From Lingula anatina (lineage: Eukaryota > Animalia > Brachiopoda), in assembly GCA_051362555.1 (NCBI GenBank), contig CM120649.1, forward strand, positions 8,680,001 through 8,744,000: DNA of 64,000 bases, given 5' to 3'. Both the position numbers and the translations under genes were made by a program. The notes beneath the pieces are model-generated. The model had not been told where the DNA came from, did no database searches, and was given only the letters and a program-made list of their open reading frames with translations. Below, one piece after another: positions 14,203 to 28,970 of the stretch. Positions within the stretch are counted from its first letter, which is position 1. Each line of letters starts with the position of its first letter.

Positions 14203-15090
14203 AGGCTGGGTCCCAATCCAACGTACGGGCTGCTAAGTGTGGTCTACGGCCAAAAAATTGGGGAAAACGTGGGATTTCGTGCGTTAGGAGCACGTCCATT
14301 GTGCAACTTTTGGAGGTCGCAGGCAGCACGTAGAAATTTTTCGACATGATCAACAGCCGCTGCGTGCGGTCCACGAATTCTCAGAAAATGGAAAATGTAC
14401 GACATGCGAACGTGTAGCGTTCGCCTGTCATCCGCCTGTCGTATGGGACACGCGAGGAAGTTATTTTTTCCACTGCACTTACGGTGCGTGTGATGCACGT
14501 GGTTAAGGTGCCCGTTGCACGCACTTATTTCTTGTTCCCTCCGTGCTCACTCCTCACTTCCACGCTCCCACCGTGTGGACCTCACGGGCTTCGTGCAAGT
14601 TGAATGCGTAGTGGTCACTCCATGCGCACGGACCGTGAGTTTAAAAGGACGGGCATGAACGGAAAAGCATTATTTCTGCCTTTGACGTCAAGTTTTAAAA
14701 TGGCTAAAAAGACAACAAAGAGCAAGAGGGGGAGAGTTGGATCGGGGACAGGTATGATTGGGGTCACCATCCTTGAACACTGCTGGGGATATAATGATCT
14801 CCTCAAACATGCACTGTTATTATACCCTCCCAAATACATCTCAAGCAAGTAAGTCAGCAAGACTCCCTACTTCCACTTGCGTTGCCCATGCGTTGCTCGT
14901 ACTCCTAGTACGGATAACGTACGTAGTGCACGATGTTTGTACTTTGCATGTACGGGGGCGCGCGGGACACGTGCTTGCAATCACCAATTACTTGATTCCT
15001 TCCCTGTGATCTAGCTACGGCCCAGCCAGACGAGCGGAACCTAAAAAAACGTACGATCTGAAAATCATGCGTGGAGTCGGGACCCAGGCT
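14203..15090. mobile_element. Non-autonomous PIF/Harbinger element (888 bp)
   Basis: TIR AGGCTGGGTCCCAATCC / GGAGTCGGGACCCAGGCT; TAA on both flanks (14200-14202, 15091-15093); GC-rich interior. Confidence 0.8.
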
Positions 15091-15096
15091 TAATGT

Positions 15097-15127
<31 letters not shown>

Positions 15128-15607
15128 GGGATTATCATCATTATTTTCAAAAACTAGTCAATTTCTGGGCAAAAATGCAAAAAATCACACCTGCCTTAAA
15201 AAGATTAAAGCGGCTATAAACGAAAGCATTTGGTGTAAAGATTTACGTTCTACTAAAGCTTAAGTTACATTTTTCACAGACGCCGTACGATGAAATAGAA
15301 ATTAATTTTCCGTATTTTTGCACCGTAAGTGTCTATGGACTAGCATGTTTACGTTTGGTACGGGCGCCGTACCATTTCTCTCACATGACTTTGAGGTTAA
15401 GTAACGGACGCCGCACGAGTAGGGGCATATGGGCAATACATGTACACGGACACCATACGGACATCGTATGCTTGACAAATGTAACCCAAGATTGGATATT
15501 TGAAAAAAATTAACTATATTTGTCCGGAAATTATGCGTGCAATTTCTAAATGTTTGCGTGGCAACTGAGAGAAATTTTGGTCTTATGTTATGTTATGTTA
15601 TGTTATG

Positions 15608-15650
<43 letters not shown>

Positions 15651-15961
15651 TATGTTGATGTATGTGTGTGTGATATCGGTCCTCTACACATTACAAGTTA
15701 AATTCCAGGGATACATATACCCTGTGTTTACTAATAGGCCTACGTGCCAGCACGCCGCGTTTCATGGAGCTTTCTGATTTAGAGGTAATTTGTCTCCTTG
15801 TTGCTGTATGATATAACCATTAAATACCAGATCCGCATATTGATCAATTGGTTTAATTTGTTTTCTAGATTTAACTGTTTTGTATTCACAGCCACGTGTA
15901 TGTGAGTATTACTGATATACAGTCTTTGCCAGTAATTATTATTATTATTATTATTGCCCTC

Positions 15962-16017
15962 TACATGTACACTACTCTTACTCTTACTCTTACTACTTCT
16001 ACTACTACTACAACTAT

Positions 16018-16062
<45 letters not shown>

Positions 16063-16100
16063 ATTATATAGTCCTACTACACTGTACTACAACTACTACA
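15962..16100. repeat. (TAC)n microsatellite, imperfect
   Basis: Direct reading; explains the poly-T/poly-L ORFs. Confidence 0.9.
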
Positions 16101-16142
16101 TATAGGCCTACTGGCTCTACAACTTACACTGCTCCACAGGTA

Positions 16143-17123
16143 GGGGAGAGCGGGGCTAGTTGGCCCAGTGAGGCACTTATGGCCTTGTAGAGCCAACTAG
16201 GAATGAGTTAGAGTAACAAATCCGGTTTCAAAGTAAGCCGCATGAAATTGGCTATGTATGCAACGTCATTATTTTTCAGATGTAATACCAGATGGCTCAC
16301 AATATGACAAAAAAAAAAAGCAACTGACGTCAGGGGGGCCAACTTGCCCCGTGGCGGGGCAAGTTGGCACCCTATACGAAAATGAAGTAAATATCGCATG
16401 TAAACGCCTTGAAATACATTTTTACACATCTTTAATTTATTAAATTGATTTTTGAGAGTCTTTGATAAACAAAAAGTTCAAATGAGGCAGATTTATTGTC
16501 ACTTTGTATGTGTTGCAACAACCAAAATATCTATCAATAAAATTTGTTTTGTTTTAATTGAGAATAAATTTATAATGGTATAAAGCAGGTTTTTGAATGA
16601 AAACGAATAAAAAATGTTCGTTTTAAAAGAAACTAACAAATTCAGTTTTAAACTGGTAATTATTTGTTTCAACAATGATCTGTAGCTCTGTTGCGCGCAT
16701 AGGATTGTGGGTAATATGGTCCAACTTGCCCCGAGCCAAGGGGGCCAACTAGCCCCAGGTGCACAATTTTTAGATTTGAGGATTGCAGTCGTTTGTGGTG
16801 CAAGAACGGACTACATTAATACATTTGAGTAAATTTTGAAATAGTTAGCTTTAGTCTGATGTCCTATACATATACTTTATTCGTTCAAAAGCCTATGAAA
16901 ATAGATTTTTAAATCTCTTAAACAAAATTACTTTCAGGTGCAAAAATCGTTTATTTGGCCTCACCGCCTAAGTAAAACTTTTTAACGTCCGACACTTCCT
17001 TAGCATTGTAGGCTACGGTCACTTTACTAAATGATGTGATCAATTTTTTCACCCCGTAGTTACTTTTTCATAAATTGATGGGGGGCCAACTTACCCCGGG
17101 GTCCAACTAGCCCCAGTCTCCCC
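16143..17123. mobile_element. Non-autonomous Tc1/mariner-pogo-type element (981 bp)
   Basis: TIR GGGGAGAGCGGGGCTAGTTGG / CCAACTAGCCCCAGTCTCCCC; TA on both flanks; internal reiterations of ggggccaacttgcccc at ~16334, ~16720-16756, ~17082. Confidence 0.85.
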
Positions 17124-19035
17124 TATGCTGAAGTGAGTTTCCAGAAATCTCTTAGACTCAACTTAAACTGCGGGACGCAGAAAGGACGCCGTCCAGTGTA
17201 AAGGGGGATTTAGGGAATCGGCATATTACATTCACAGAACGGAGTTAAAGTCTGTCTAAGGAAATGTGCATTTACTTACATGTTAAGTGTGGTGCAGGGA
17301 AGGGAATAGATATATTTGAGTTTTATATTCAGTAAATGCGACGAAAGATAGTGATTTTCCCTTCCCAAAATAAGCAGAATAAACAAATGCTTCCAACTTG
17401 ACTTGTTGCTTTATCAAACTTGAGTTTATTTACAACAAACAGGCCTATTTTCCGCACTTAAACAGTAAGAGAAGACTAAAAAACAAATTTTGACAAAATC
17501 CAAACATTTAATTGTCTAATGACAAATGTAATTTTGACACAAGTCAAGACGGTTTTAAGTTTGAGCGTAATTACCTCCTCCGTATGTTTTACTTGTGTAT
17601 CACGAACTTTATTAAGAAGCGCGTAATCGGATGATTATCAATTTATACGATTACAAGTTGTCTTAAAAATTTCCCCGTGAACCACCACGACGAAGAATTG
17701 TAGTGACCAAGAAGATTGTAAACTTTGAAATCTTTTTACTTCTGAATATTTTGACTGTTATGCCTAATTTTCGCTTAAAAGTGAGAGAGAGAGTAAGGGA
17801 AAAAATATCCCAATAAAATTCACCCTTGTCGAACACATATAAATAGAAATGGAGGCAAAAATTTTATGGAAACCTTAGACACACCTTTTTATTCTACATA
17901 TCATAATTATAACCTAATATCTTAGGCGTGCGATTTTCACCCAAAAGTCGTGTCGTCTGCAGCACAACTCTGAAACGCGTTCACTATGTATTCTTCACTC
18001 GTGGAATGATTGTGTTAGAGCAGAAATTTTCTTTCACACCAGATGACAACGGAAAACTTAAATAAGATTTTTTTAATCACCATGAAAATCATCAAGGCCA
18101 TCAAAACCATCATCATTACAAATCTTTGATTTGAACATCACTTCCGGCCAGTCATATATTACTTCAGGGGACTTAATTTGCATATAAGAGAAAAAATTAA
18201 TTTTTATCTGATTTTGGCTTTTCTCCCATTTTTTCATTATTTTCAAAAAGTAATGTTCCGTTTTGCTCACAAATCGAGCCACTTTTGATCCACATGCACT
18301 GTTTGTAAAAATTATGTAATTAGAAATAACAGACGTGTCTAACGTTTTCACTCCACAACCATAAAACTCGACGTTAGCTGCGTGGGTATAAATGTAGGTC
18401 AATTGCCTGTATAAAATTGCCATACGATTATTGATTTTTTAGTGTGGACCGTTTTAGGGGGGAGACTGAAGTGGAAGATGTATCAAGATACCAGCAAAAT
18501 ATTTTGGTTGCATGGGGTTACTTAAAGGCAGAGTATATTGCAAACTTTGAAAGAAAAGAGTAAAACAAGCCCACGTCTCCAGCTTCACCATGTAGGACTT
18601 TATAGATGCCGCGGTCCCTCTCTTTTTCATCTGACTCTCCCCAAAAATTTTCAGACCGCGTTAATTGTTGAGCTCCCGGGAAGCGCGGAGCATCCAGCGT
18701 GTGGCAGACGCTGGTGCTCTGCAGACGGCATATTGCAGTCACACAGGAGGGGGTAAAGGTTTTCTAGGGAAATGTTGTATTAAATTAAATCTGACGAATT
18801 ACGTGATAAAGGAAAGAAATTTGACTTATTTGAATTTACATTGACTTAGTGCAATGAAAGACACCGATTCACTGTATTTCTTCTCAAAATTGAGAGAGTA
18901 GGGGAAAAAAAGCAAAAGGAGATTACCTATCAACCCTATGAATCATTACATGGCATATCCTGTCCGTGAACTTTTGACTTTCGCATAGATTTCACACTCC
19001 TACACACGCTGAGTTTGTATGGGGCGTATTGGTGT

Positions 19036-19066
<31 letters not shown>

Positions 19067-19445
19067 GGGGGGGAGGAGAATTCTAATGTGACTGTTCATG
19101 TTCGAGAAGATATGGTATTTCTATTTTGATAATGCTACATCTATAGCATATATTTTGGGTTCATGCACAGTATTACTACACACAGCTAGATTATTTGAAC
19201 GAAGTCTGTTGTTTTATACATTTTATATTTTATACAATAAAACATTTGATTTTAAAAGATAGACCTGAATTGAGAGCGTTGGCAACGGGGAAGAGCAGTT
19301 TTGATGGTCTGCACATTCCGCACTTTATTATAATTTTTATCTGATTCGTTTCTTTCATGATGATTTAGCTAGGACAAACAGTGAACTGATGTACAACTTC
19401 AATAATTGGATTTGGCTCCTCCCCCCCCCCCCCCCCAACCCGCCA

Positions 19446-19545
19446 GGGGTCATGTCGATACTCCCCCGCACCGATACTCCCCCGCACCGCTAATCCCCCT
19501 TAGTAATTTTTTGCATAATGCGCATCGATAATCCTGCCATACATT
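19446..19545 (+). mobile_element. MITE end with tandem subterminal repeats (same family as 61005-61196)
   Basis: ggggtcatgtcgatactcccccgcaccgatactcccccgcacc... is the reverse complement of 61120-61196. Confidence 0.7.
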
Positions 19546-20271
19546 GACAAGGTACCGACATTATTTTAAAAATTAATTGAAGCCTAATGCGTAAGTCGTG
19601 GGTGTGTATAGTCTACTGTATATTCAATTTCATTTGCTTGAAGCTTTATTTGTCGTTCAGATTCCATTTTTAATTTAGAATTATTTTGCCTTCATTCTTT
19701 TCATAAATTTTTGTTGTATTAATTCTAAAAAGTTATTTTTTTATTTTTAGGTTATAATTGCTTTGTTATAGATAGGTTCATCCAGATTTGTTCATGACTC
19801 TCTAAATTAGTGACAATACCGCCAACAAGAACTCGTTCTCTAGCGCGATGTTTCCTACGTAAGGACTCCTACTTACGGTTTTGATATGTATGCACTGTAT
19901 GAACTTCGCGCTTCGGACTGCGACTGAAGTATGATGATGGTGATGAAGATGTACGTGCCGAGATTTAACGTACATTCGAAATGATACTAGATGAAAGAAT
20001 CCCCAGCTTTAATTTCAGTTTATTTTCAATGAAAGTTGTTTGATGTCTTATTGATTCATGTGCAGCAGTTCACGATTCACTGCCAGAGAATTCTTGCTTG
20101 CCTTGCGTGTATCTGTAATCAAAACTACAAGCTTAAAGCGCAGATAATTGATAGCTATGTACAGTAATAGAAATAATAGTAATTAAAAATGAAAACGATA
20201 GAAAAAAGCTGTTTTGCGCCCTTAAAGCTCGCATCAAAAACCACCACAGTACAAACAGTCACCATTTTAAA

Positions 20272-20379
20272 GGGGGCGTCTCGATAGTCCGAAGGTTCAT
20301 TGGTCCGAAGGTTCTATAGTGAACATTCGGACCAATGAACCTTCGGACTATTGAACCTTTGGACTATCGCTACGGCCCC
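20272..20379. mobile_element. 108-bp MITE with 8-bp TSD (Merlin- or MULE-like)
   Basis: TIR GGGGGCGTCTCGATAGTCCGAAGGTTCA / TGAACCTTTGGACTATCGCTACGGCCCC; ATTTTAAA at 20264-20271 and 20380-20387. Confidence 0.8.
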
Positions 20380-20867
20380 ATTTTAAAAGGGACACACGCG
20401 CCACAAGACAAAGACGGATTGTCGAAAAGAAGCTCATAAAAATATTAGACACTTTAAAAAAGGACTTTATAGAGACAATAAATATCTCAATATTCTTCTT
20501 GTTTTATTGTTAGGCCTACGTAATCTTTAAGACGTCAACGTTTATCACTCACTTCCAACTTCGTCCCTTTTCCATGCATCATACGTCACTTACATTGTAT
20601 ACCAGTAGTTTAATTGCTTGTTTATTCTTGTTTTGGTACCTGAAGAAGGTTCACAAGCCAAAACCTCGGGCATTTTTTAATCTTTCGGAGTTAATCTTTA
20701 CAGATGCGTTTTGATTATATATTTTTTCGTAAAGATACGGAAGATGCGGTCGAATGAAAAAATGCAGTTTTATTTATCAGTCATAACAGTCAATTATCAC
20801 AAAAGAGGTCTATTATCTGATTCTGGTCCAATTAAGAATGAACTGGTTGAATTCGGCCAGAGACAAC

Positions 20868-20869
<2 letters not shown>

Positions 20870-20908
<39 letters not shown>

Positions 20909-20909
20909 C

Positions 20910-20946
<37 letters not shown>

Positions 20947-21005
20947 GGGGAGAGAGAGAGGGAGAGAGAGAGAGAGACGGGGAGAGAGAGGGAGAGAGAC
21001 AGCCG

Positions 21006-21046
<41 letters not shown>
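20870..21046. repeat. Compound (AG)n microsatellite
   Basis: Direct reading; source of the ER/SL-repeat ORFs. Confidence 0.95.
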
Positions 21047-22908
21047 TACACTCTACCAGAATCACAGATGGATTTTTCACTAGATATTCACAGATATGAC
21101 TAAAATGTAAGGATGTTTTTAATAATTTTTAAAAGAAAGATTCCTGTTTATGATATGAGCGCAAAGGACGATTGCATTTGTTACGTTATGTAAAAGCAGT
21201 ATTGACGACAACTATCATCTGAGTCCTGAAGGGGGTCGAACTCCCAACACGGAGGTACTTTGTGTAGATTATTGATAATATATCATTTTGTCTCTCTCCC
21301 TCTTTCTTAGTCTTTCGATAGTCCACACGAAAATTGTTGCATAAGTTAGATCATCACTTGTGCTTATCATATTTAAAACACGAAATGCGGACTCAATTTT
21401 AAACCTTCGTTACTGTTGCTCGCAATACCATCTCAAATTCGCCCATAAGATTATTTTCAATAAAGTAAAAAATTAAGAACTTGTTAGAAAGCAAGTATAA
21501 TGTCCAACGTCTCATGATCAGAAAATGTTTAGAATGTTAAGATATTTAAATAACGCAATTAATAACTTGAAGCTACTTTCGCGGTGTCGCCCGGCTTTTA
21601 AAAGCTGAGAAAACGTCCATGGTGTATTTTGCTGCAGATCATTTTAATTAAAATTTTAGTTGTTTGATGCTTTTGAAATGTTTAAGTCATTAATAAAAAC
21701 TTCATTTTAGTTAAGACAATGACTGAAGGCCCCATTGGGTATTTTCCTTTCCCGTGAAAGCCACTTATCATTTCCCAAGATGTTCGCAACTTTCTATGTT
21801 ATTAATAAGCGTCATCAGTGAAGCGCCCCATTCCCGTGAATCGAGAACATTGCTGGTTTTTATCCCTCGTCCTCAGTGAAACGAAGTCATTATACTCGCC
21901 GATAGTTATTTTCAGCTTGTTGGACTCGCATTTTCAATGAGATATAAATAAAGTTTTAATCTAATTTATCTTATTTGTGATTTGATGATTTTTATTTTCC
22001 GCGGCCGTGAACTGTGATCACTACCCCCCCCCCCCCCCCCCCCTTCCCAGCGGTCCCTTATGATTAACTATATAGACGATATGTTGACAGGGCACAGTCA
22101 GATGGTTTACACGAAACACGACAAAGCTGCTTTTCTCTTGTGAAGCCATTTGCAAAGCCTTCGTTACCAGGCATTGTGAAACTATAGGCCTACTTGGAAT
22201 TGAAGAAAAATGTAGACCTTTTGAAAAAATAAACGCGCATATCTCATATTAGCCTCCCAGAGCAGTCTATAAAAGTAAAGTACAGGTACTAGTAGCTTTG
22301 CAGGAATCCGAAATATAGGCAAAAATGATTATTTTCAAGTATGTTTAGTATATTTTTAAAGGTAATTACTCTAACTGTGAAGGTCCTTATAATGCTCCAT
22401 TTGCTCATAACTTAAAATAATTGAGTGTTGTGTTAGCAGTGCAAAGTCGAAGCAAAAAGAAAATATATAATAATAACAATAAAAAAAGACAGAATTTAAA
22501 ATAACCTTTCAGGTAATGATTATATTATCAATCAATAATAAAAAATATCATATCCAAACGAAAAAAATTAAAAGATATAATAACTTGGAACAACGGCGTG
22601 CTTCACGTGACCGGATGTACCAAAATGTGACCCAGTTTTCACTGCGGGTTTTCTTTGACCTACTTAGTCGGGTTTAGTACGGCAGAGCGGGAACATTTTA
22701 CACGTTATGAAATAACGTTATACCTAGGACAAGATATATTTACGAGTTACCATAATAGTTTTATCTGAAGCAGTAGGACATCCCACGATTCCAGCATCCT
22801 TTTTAATACATGAAAAGACATTCTTGATGACAGAAGGGTGAGTACTTTGTTGTAGTGATCTGGTACCGGAAGTCTTGGGATTGAAAGCGACAGTTGGGCA
22901 GGGTTTTC

Positions 22909-22942
<34 letters not shown>

Positions 22943-24028
22943 GGAAGGAGCTGCAGAGACAAGAGGTAGAGGGTAGACAAAGGGATCTGGTGATCCTAGT
23001 GTTATAAGTGTTATTCAGTAGATCTGGATTCCTGGAAACATATGAGGTAAAACCTAATAAGTACTAGCAGAGTTGATTAAGTAGCAATAGGGTTTCTGTG
23101 ATGTACTTGTCTTAGAGCTACTATAAAAGTTATTTGTGTGGATTTTTTGCAGTGTTCACTTCGTCCTTCGTATCTTTATAACTATCTATTAAGCCATAGT
23201 CCTCCAACCGAGTGCAGTAATGGCTTTGCATGTTAGGAACTCGTACATTACGTAGCCATGTATAGCAACACAATACAGTATTGCAATTAGCCTTCACCAT
23301 TCTCAAATATACTGTTGTGTCTCATGTTGAGACATGCTGGACTGCTAAAGATGTAAAATTACAACAAATGTCCTTCAAAATTTGGTATAGAATGCCAAGC
23401 TAAATTGGTAAGAATGATTGTTTCTGTTTTTCATTCATTGTTACTCAACATACAACCCAAATGAACCCTTTTTTTTTTCAATACATGTATATAGGTGATC
23501 TAAGACATCCATGTGTGTACACACAGCCGGTCATGACCAGTTTTGAGGTGCCCGTTTTGCACAACACATACTTTCAGTGACTATCCCAGCAATTTTTTCA
23601 ATGACACTGATGTCATTGGTTATTTTAAGTTTGATTTTTTTTACATGAAGTCATGGCAAACCATCAGATGCATATGAGCAATTTTTTGAAAGTACAAATA
23701 GCTGAATACGAGGAAGCTGCCATGTTTGACTTTGCCCAGGACCAATGCCAGAACTTTTAGACATGACGGGAGTGTGAAGGAACCGTCCTTTTTGCTGGGG
23801 AAAAGGTTCCCTCTGGGGAAATTTTTATTTAGGTACACAAAGGTTTCATGGTAAAAGCTCCACTTTTTTTAGGGAAAAAAAAACTTTTGAAATTGCTGGC
23901 TACAGGTCTGTTGAATGTTTATAATGAATGTTTCTCTATTTTTTCAGCTCACACAAACAGTTTGACAGTTGGTGTACAGTAACATGTGTCTCTGTAGTGG
24001 CCTGCTTGATGTGGTCAGTTTGGGATGA

Positions 24029-25131
24029 TGTTATATCTAATACATGGCTGCCGATTAGTCGCGTCTTGACCGAGGCCACCACCTGGTGGATGAGATGGTA
24101 ATGGGAACGAGTATGAAAGAAGCACATTGGTGACAAGGATAAGTAAGAAATATTAACATGGCACAGGGAGAACCACCTGTTCTATATATCCACATAGCAG
24201 GAATTGTTCTGCATGTAACACCTTTCAATCCACTGGAAAATAGACTAAATACAGGGCCAGCATGGGAAACATGGCTGGAGGAATTCCAAGAAGAAATGCA
24301 GTTGCAAAAAGTGCAAGAAGCAGACAAGGTAACTTGCCTTAGGCACTGCAGGGGAAAAGAGATTAGAAACAAAATAAAATACTTGCCAGATCCTCCAGTA
24401 ATTGAAAGTGAAGAAGGAGATAGGAAACCTGAACCTTCACTACAAACCAAAACAAAATAAAATGCATAGTGTTTATGTATTCAATAAAAAACAAGGCTCT
24501 CAGGAGAAACCATATCTTCATTCACTGCCAGGTTGAGAGAAAAAGCTGAACATAATGATTTTGGTGAGAGTGCAGATACTCGTATTTTAGAAAGAATAAT
24601 TCAGACTATGGATGACAAGCAGATTGTAACCAAAGCCATACAAAGAAATTGGGACTTGGAAACTTCAATCCAAGAGGTGAGTCAGAAAGAAGACCGAAAC
24701 AAAGAAGTTGACAATATGAGAAATGAATTCAAAGTGGCAAAAATCTCAGATGGAGATAGAGTCAAACCTAAAGGAAGATACCCACACCTGGTGAAGAAAC
24801 CCACTAATTCAAAAAAAATTAATTGACATTTACCATTAAGAACAGATTGCATAGCATACAGCACTCAAGATGTGACTTTATGCAATATGAAAACTGAAAA
24901 TTCACTAGAATTCAGAATATTCAAGGATAATGATTGACAAAGACTGTTTTTTAATTTTTAATTTTATATTTTGTAGAAAAAAATTAAGGTTGGGAGGAAT
25001 GTTCTATCCAATACATGGCTGCTGAATAGTCACGTCTTGACTTGGGCCCCCACCTGGTGGATGACGTGGTAATGGAAACAAGTATGAAAGAAGCACATGG
25101 CGAGTGAGACCCACGGCACCTGGTCATAACA
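24029..25131 (+). mobile_element. Internally deleted Ty3/gypsy-type LTR element (gag remnant only)
   Basis: 5' LTR 24029-24126 and 3' LTR 25000-25131 (TGTT..TAACA); PBS tggtgacaaggat 24128-24140 resembling a tRNA-Ser(GCT) primer site; purine tract before 25000; flanks gatga/catga. Confidence 0.85.
24158..24826 (+). pseudogene. gag: Degenerate gag of the LTR element
   Basis: PF..TGPAWETWLEEF..LRHCRGKEI, then ETISSFTARLREKAEHNDFGESADTRILERIIQT; frameshifts between the two ORFs. Confidence 0.75.
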
Positions 25132-25404
25132 CATGATATGTAATTGACCAAAGGTGGAGCAGTGGTCATAACCCACCCTCACCCATCACCATGCCAAAAA
25201 CACCACCTTGCAGGTAGTGCTCAAAATTATTGTTTGGTTTTGTTGTACAAGTTGTGTTACAATAGGTAATTTGTCTTCTATCCTTCCTGTGTAGATCAAC
25301 AAACCATTTATCATATTTTGTGCTTCCTTTAAATTTAATAAATTTTTTCACTTCTCTAATGTTACTCCTCACAAAATGTACTTTTACAAGGCACATTCAA
25401 CTGA

Positions 25405-27320
<1,916 letters not shown>

Positions 27321-28373
27321 GATCACCATTACATACGAGCAGTATCAAGATATAAATATCAAGTACTGTGATGTGAAAATGATCTTGTGCATCTTACAAA
27401 AGCATCCTATATATGAATAATGTATCATTAGATGGTTCCTAATAATAGTTTGCACTATATTATCGAGGTGATCCAGTTGCATTGCAAACAGTTACTTTCA
27501 TTTCATTTATGTTTTTAGCAAAAACACTTCTGGAATTGTGTAAAGAGCTGCTGGCAGACCAAGAGGTCAATTTTATACTGACTGAGAGAGAGTGCTGCCA
27601 GAACCACCCAGAACAAGACTTTTAAAGATGACATGCAGATCCTGTGGAGCCAGTTATATGGAACAGTACAATTGCACAACAAATGTGGGTTCCAGGTAAC
27701 ACAAAGAATCCATTTCCCCCATATGCATGGAAACTATAGAGGCAGGGTATATAAAGCAAGGAGATTGTGTTAGACAATACTCTATCACTGAAGACAAATA
27801 GACACAATGGGAATGTTGAAAAGTGAATTGCTATTTCAGCTCAGTTGTGATGTGTTATAATAATTTCCCCATGTGCATGGAAATTGTTACAGTACTAAAA
27901 GAGGTAGCATATATAGCAATAAGCCATCATTGAACAGAAAAAGATGTCATTGAAAATGTTTTAATGTGAATACATATATTTCAGTGCAGATATGATGTGT
28001 TATAAATGATCTCTGTTATGGTGAGGTCATTAAGTTGCAATTGCAAGTTTTATGGCATTTTTATTATATACAGACACTTTCAGTCTGTCTATATTCTGAT
28101 CACTGTGTCTGTCCAGTGTCATTGCCATAGTCAGCACTTTGTGACACATCTATTGTTTACCCTTTAACTGATAAACTGTATTTTTGTTTTAATGTTAATT
28201 CCTCTAGAAAATCAGCATGATTGGATTATTTAATGATATTGTTTGATATCTTAAGCAGTTTGGATTTGATGCTATAATATGTCCTGAGTATTTCAAATTG
28301 AAGTAGCAATGTAGATATGTTTGTGTATTTTTGTCTGTGTTTGTTTCTGATTCTGATATTTATTTTAATTACT

Positions 28374-28605
28374 AACTAGGAAAGCACTCCAAGAGCGCAG
28401 AGCTCTGCCAAGGCAGCAATTTTTGATAATTATTGATTATTGATTGATTATTGATCCAGATTACCACCAAAAACTAATCATCTGTTCCTTGGCCCACTTC
28501 TGACAGTTCCTGAAAATTTCATCAAAATTGGTTCACAACTTTTTGAGTTATGTTGATGACAGACAAACAAGGGTGAAAACATAACCTCCTTGGCAGAGGT
28601 AAATA
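28374..28605 (-). mobile_element. Short HINE/Helentron-type element of a second family
   Basis: Minus strand starts TATTTACCTCTGCCAAGGAGGTTATGTTTTCACC, has a GTTT/GTCT tract, and ends CCTTGGCAGAGCTCTGCGCTCTTGGAGTGCTTTCCTAGTT (subTIR + hairpin + CTAG). Confidence 0.8.
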
Positions 28606-28675
28606 TATTGTCATTTTGTGAATTTATGAAATTATTATAAGTTAATTGTTAAATGATTTGTCAAGTGCATGACAG

Positions 28676-28970
28676 AGTCAGAAGGTTCATTGGTCTGATA
28701 GGTAGTTTGGTGATGCCAAGATCCAATGGTTCAAAAGGTTCAGTAGTTAGAAGGTTCATTGGTCTGATATGTAGTTCGGTAATGCTAAGTTCCAATGGTT
28801 CAAAAGGTTCAATAGTCAGAAGGTTCATTGGTCTGATAGTTTGATGATGCCAAGATCCAATGGTTCAAAAGGTTCAATAGTCAGAAGGTTCATTGGTCTG
28901 ATAGTTTGGTGATGCTAAGTTCCAATGGTTCAAAAGGTTCAATTGCCTGAGGTTTCATGGTTCAAAGTCC
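28676..28970. repeat. ~65-bp tandem repeat (~4.5 units)
   Basis: gaaggttcattggtctgata and tccaatggttcaaaaggttca recur four times. Confidence 0.9.

Noticed and set aside
18500-18760. GC-richer island as a host exon or promoter (also 10230-10500, 59760-60250)
   Set aside because: Stops or no recognisable protein in the frames read, and no consistent exon chain
20711-21103. ER-rich, SL-rich, poly-T/L and poly-G/P ORFs (also 9174-9542, 15896-16190, 26257-26445)
   Set aside because: Microsatellite or homopolymer artefacts
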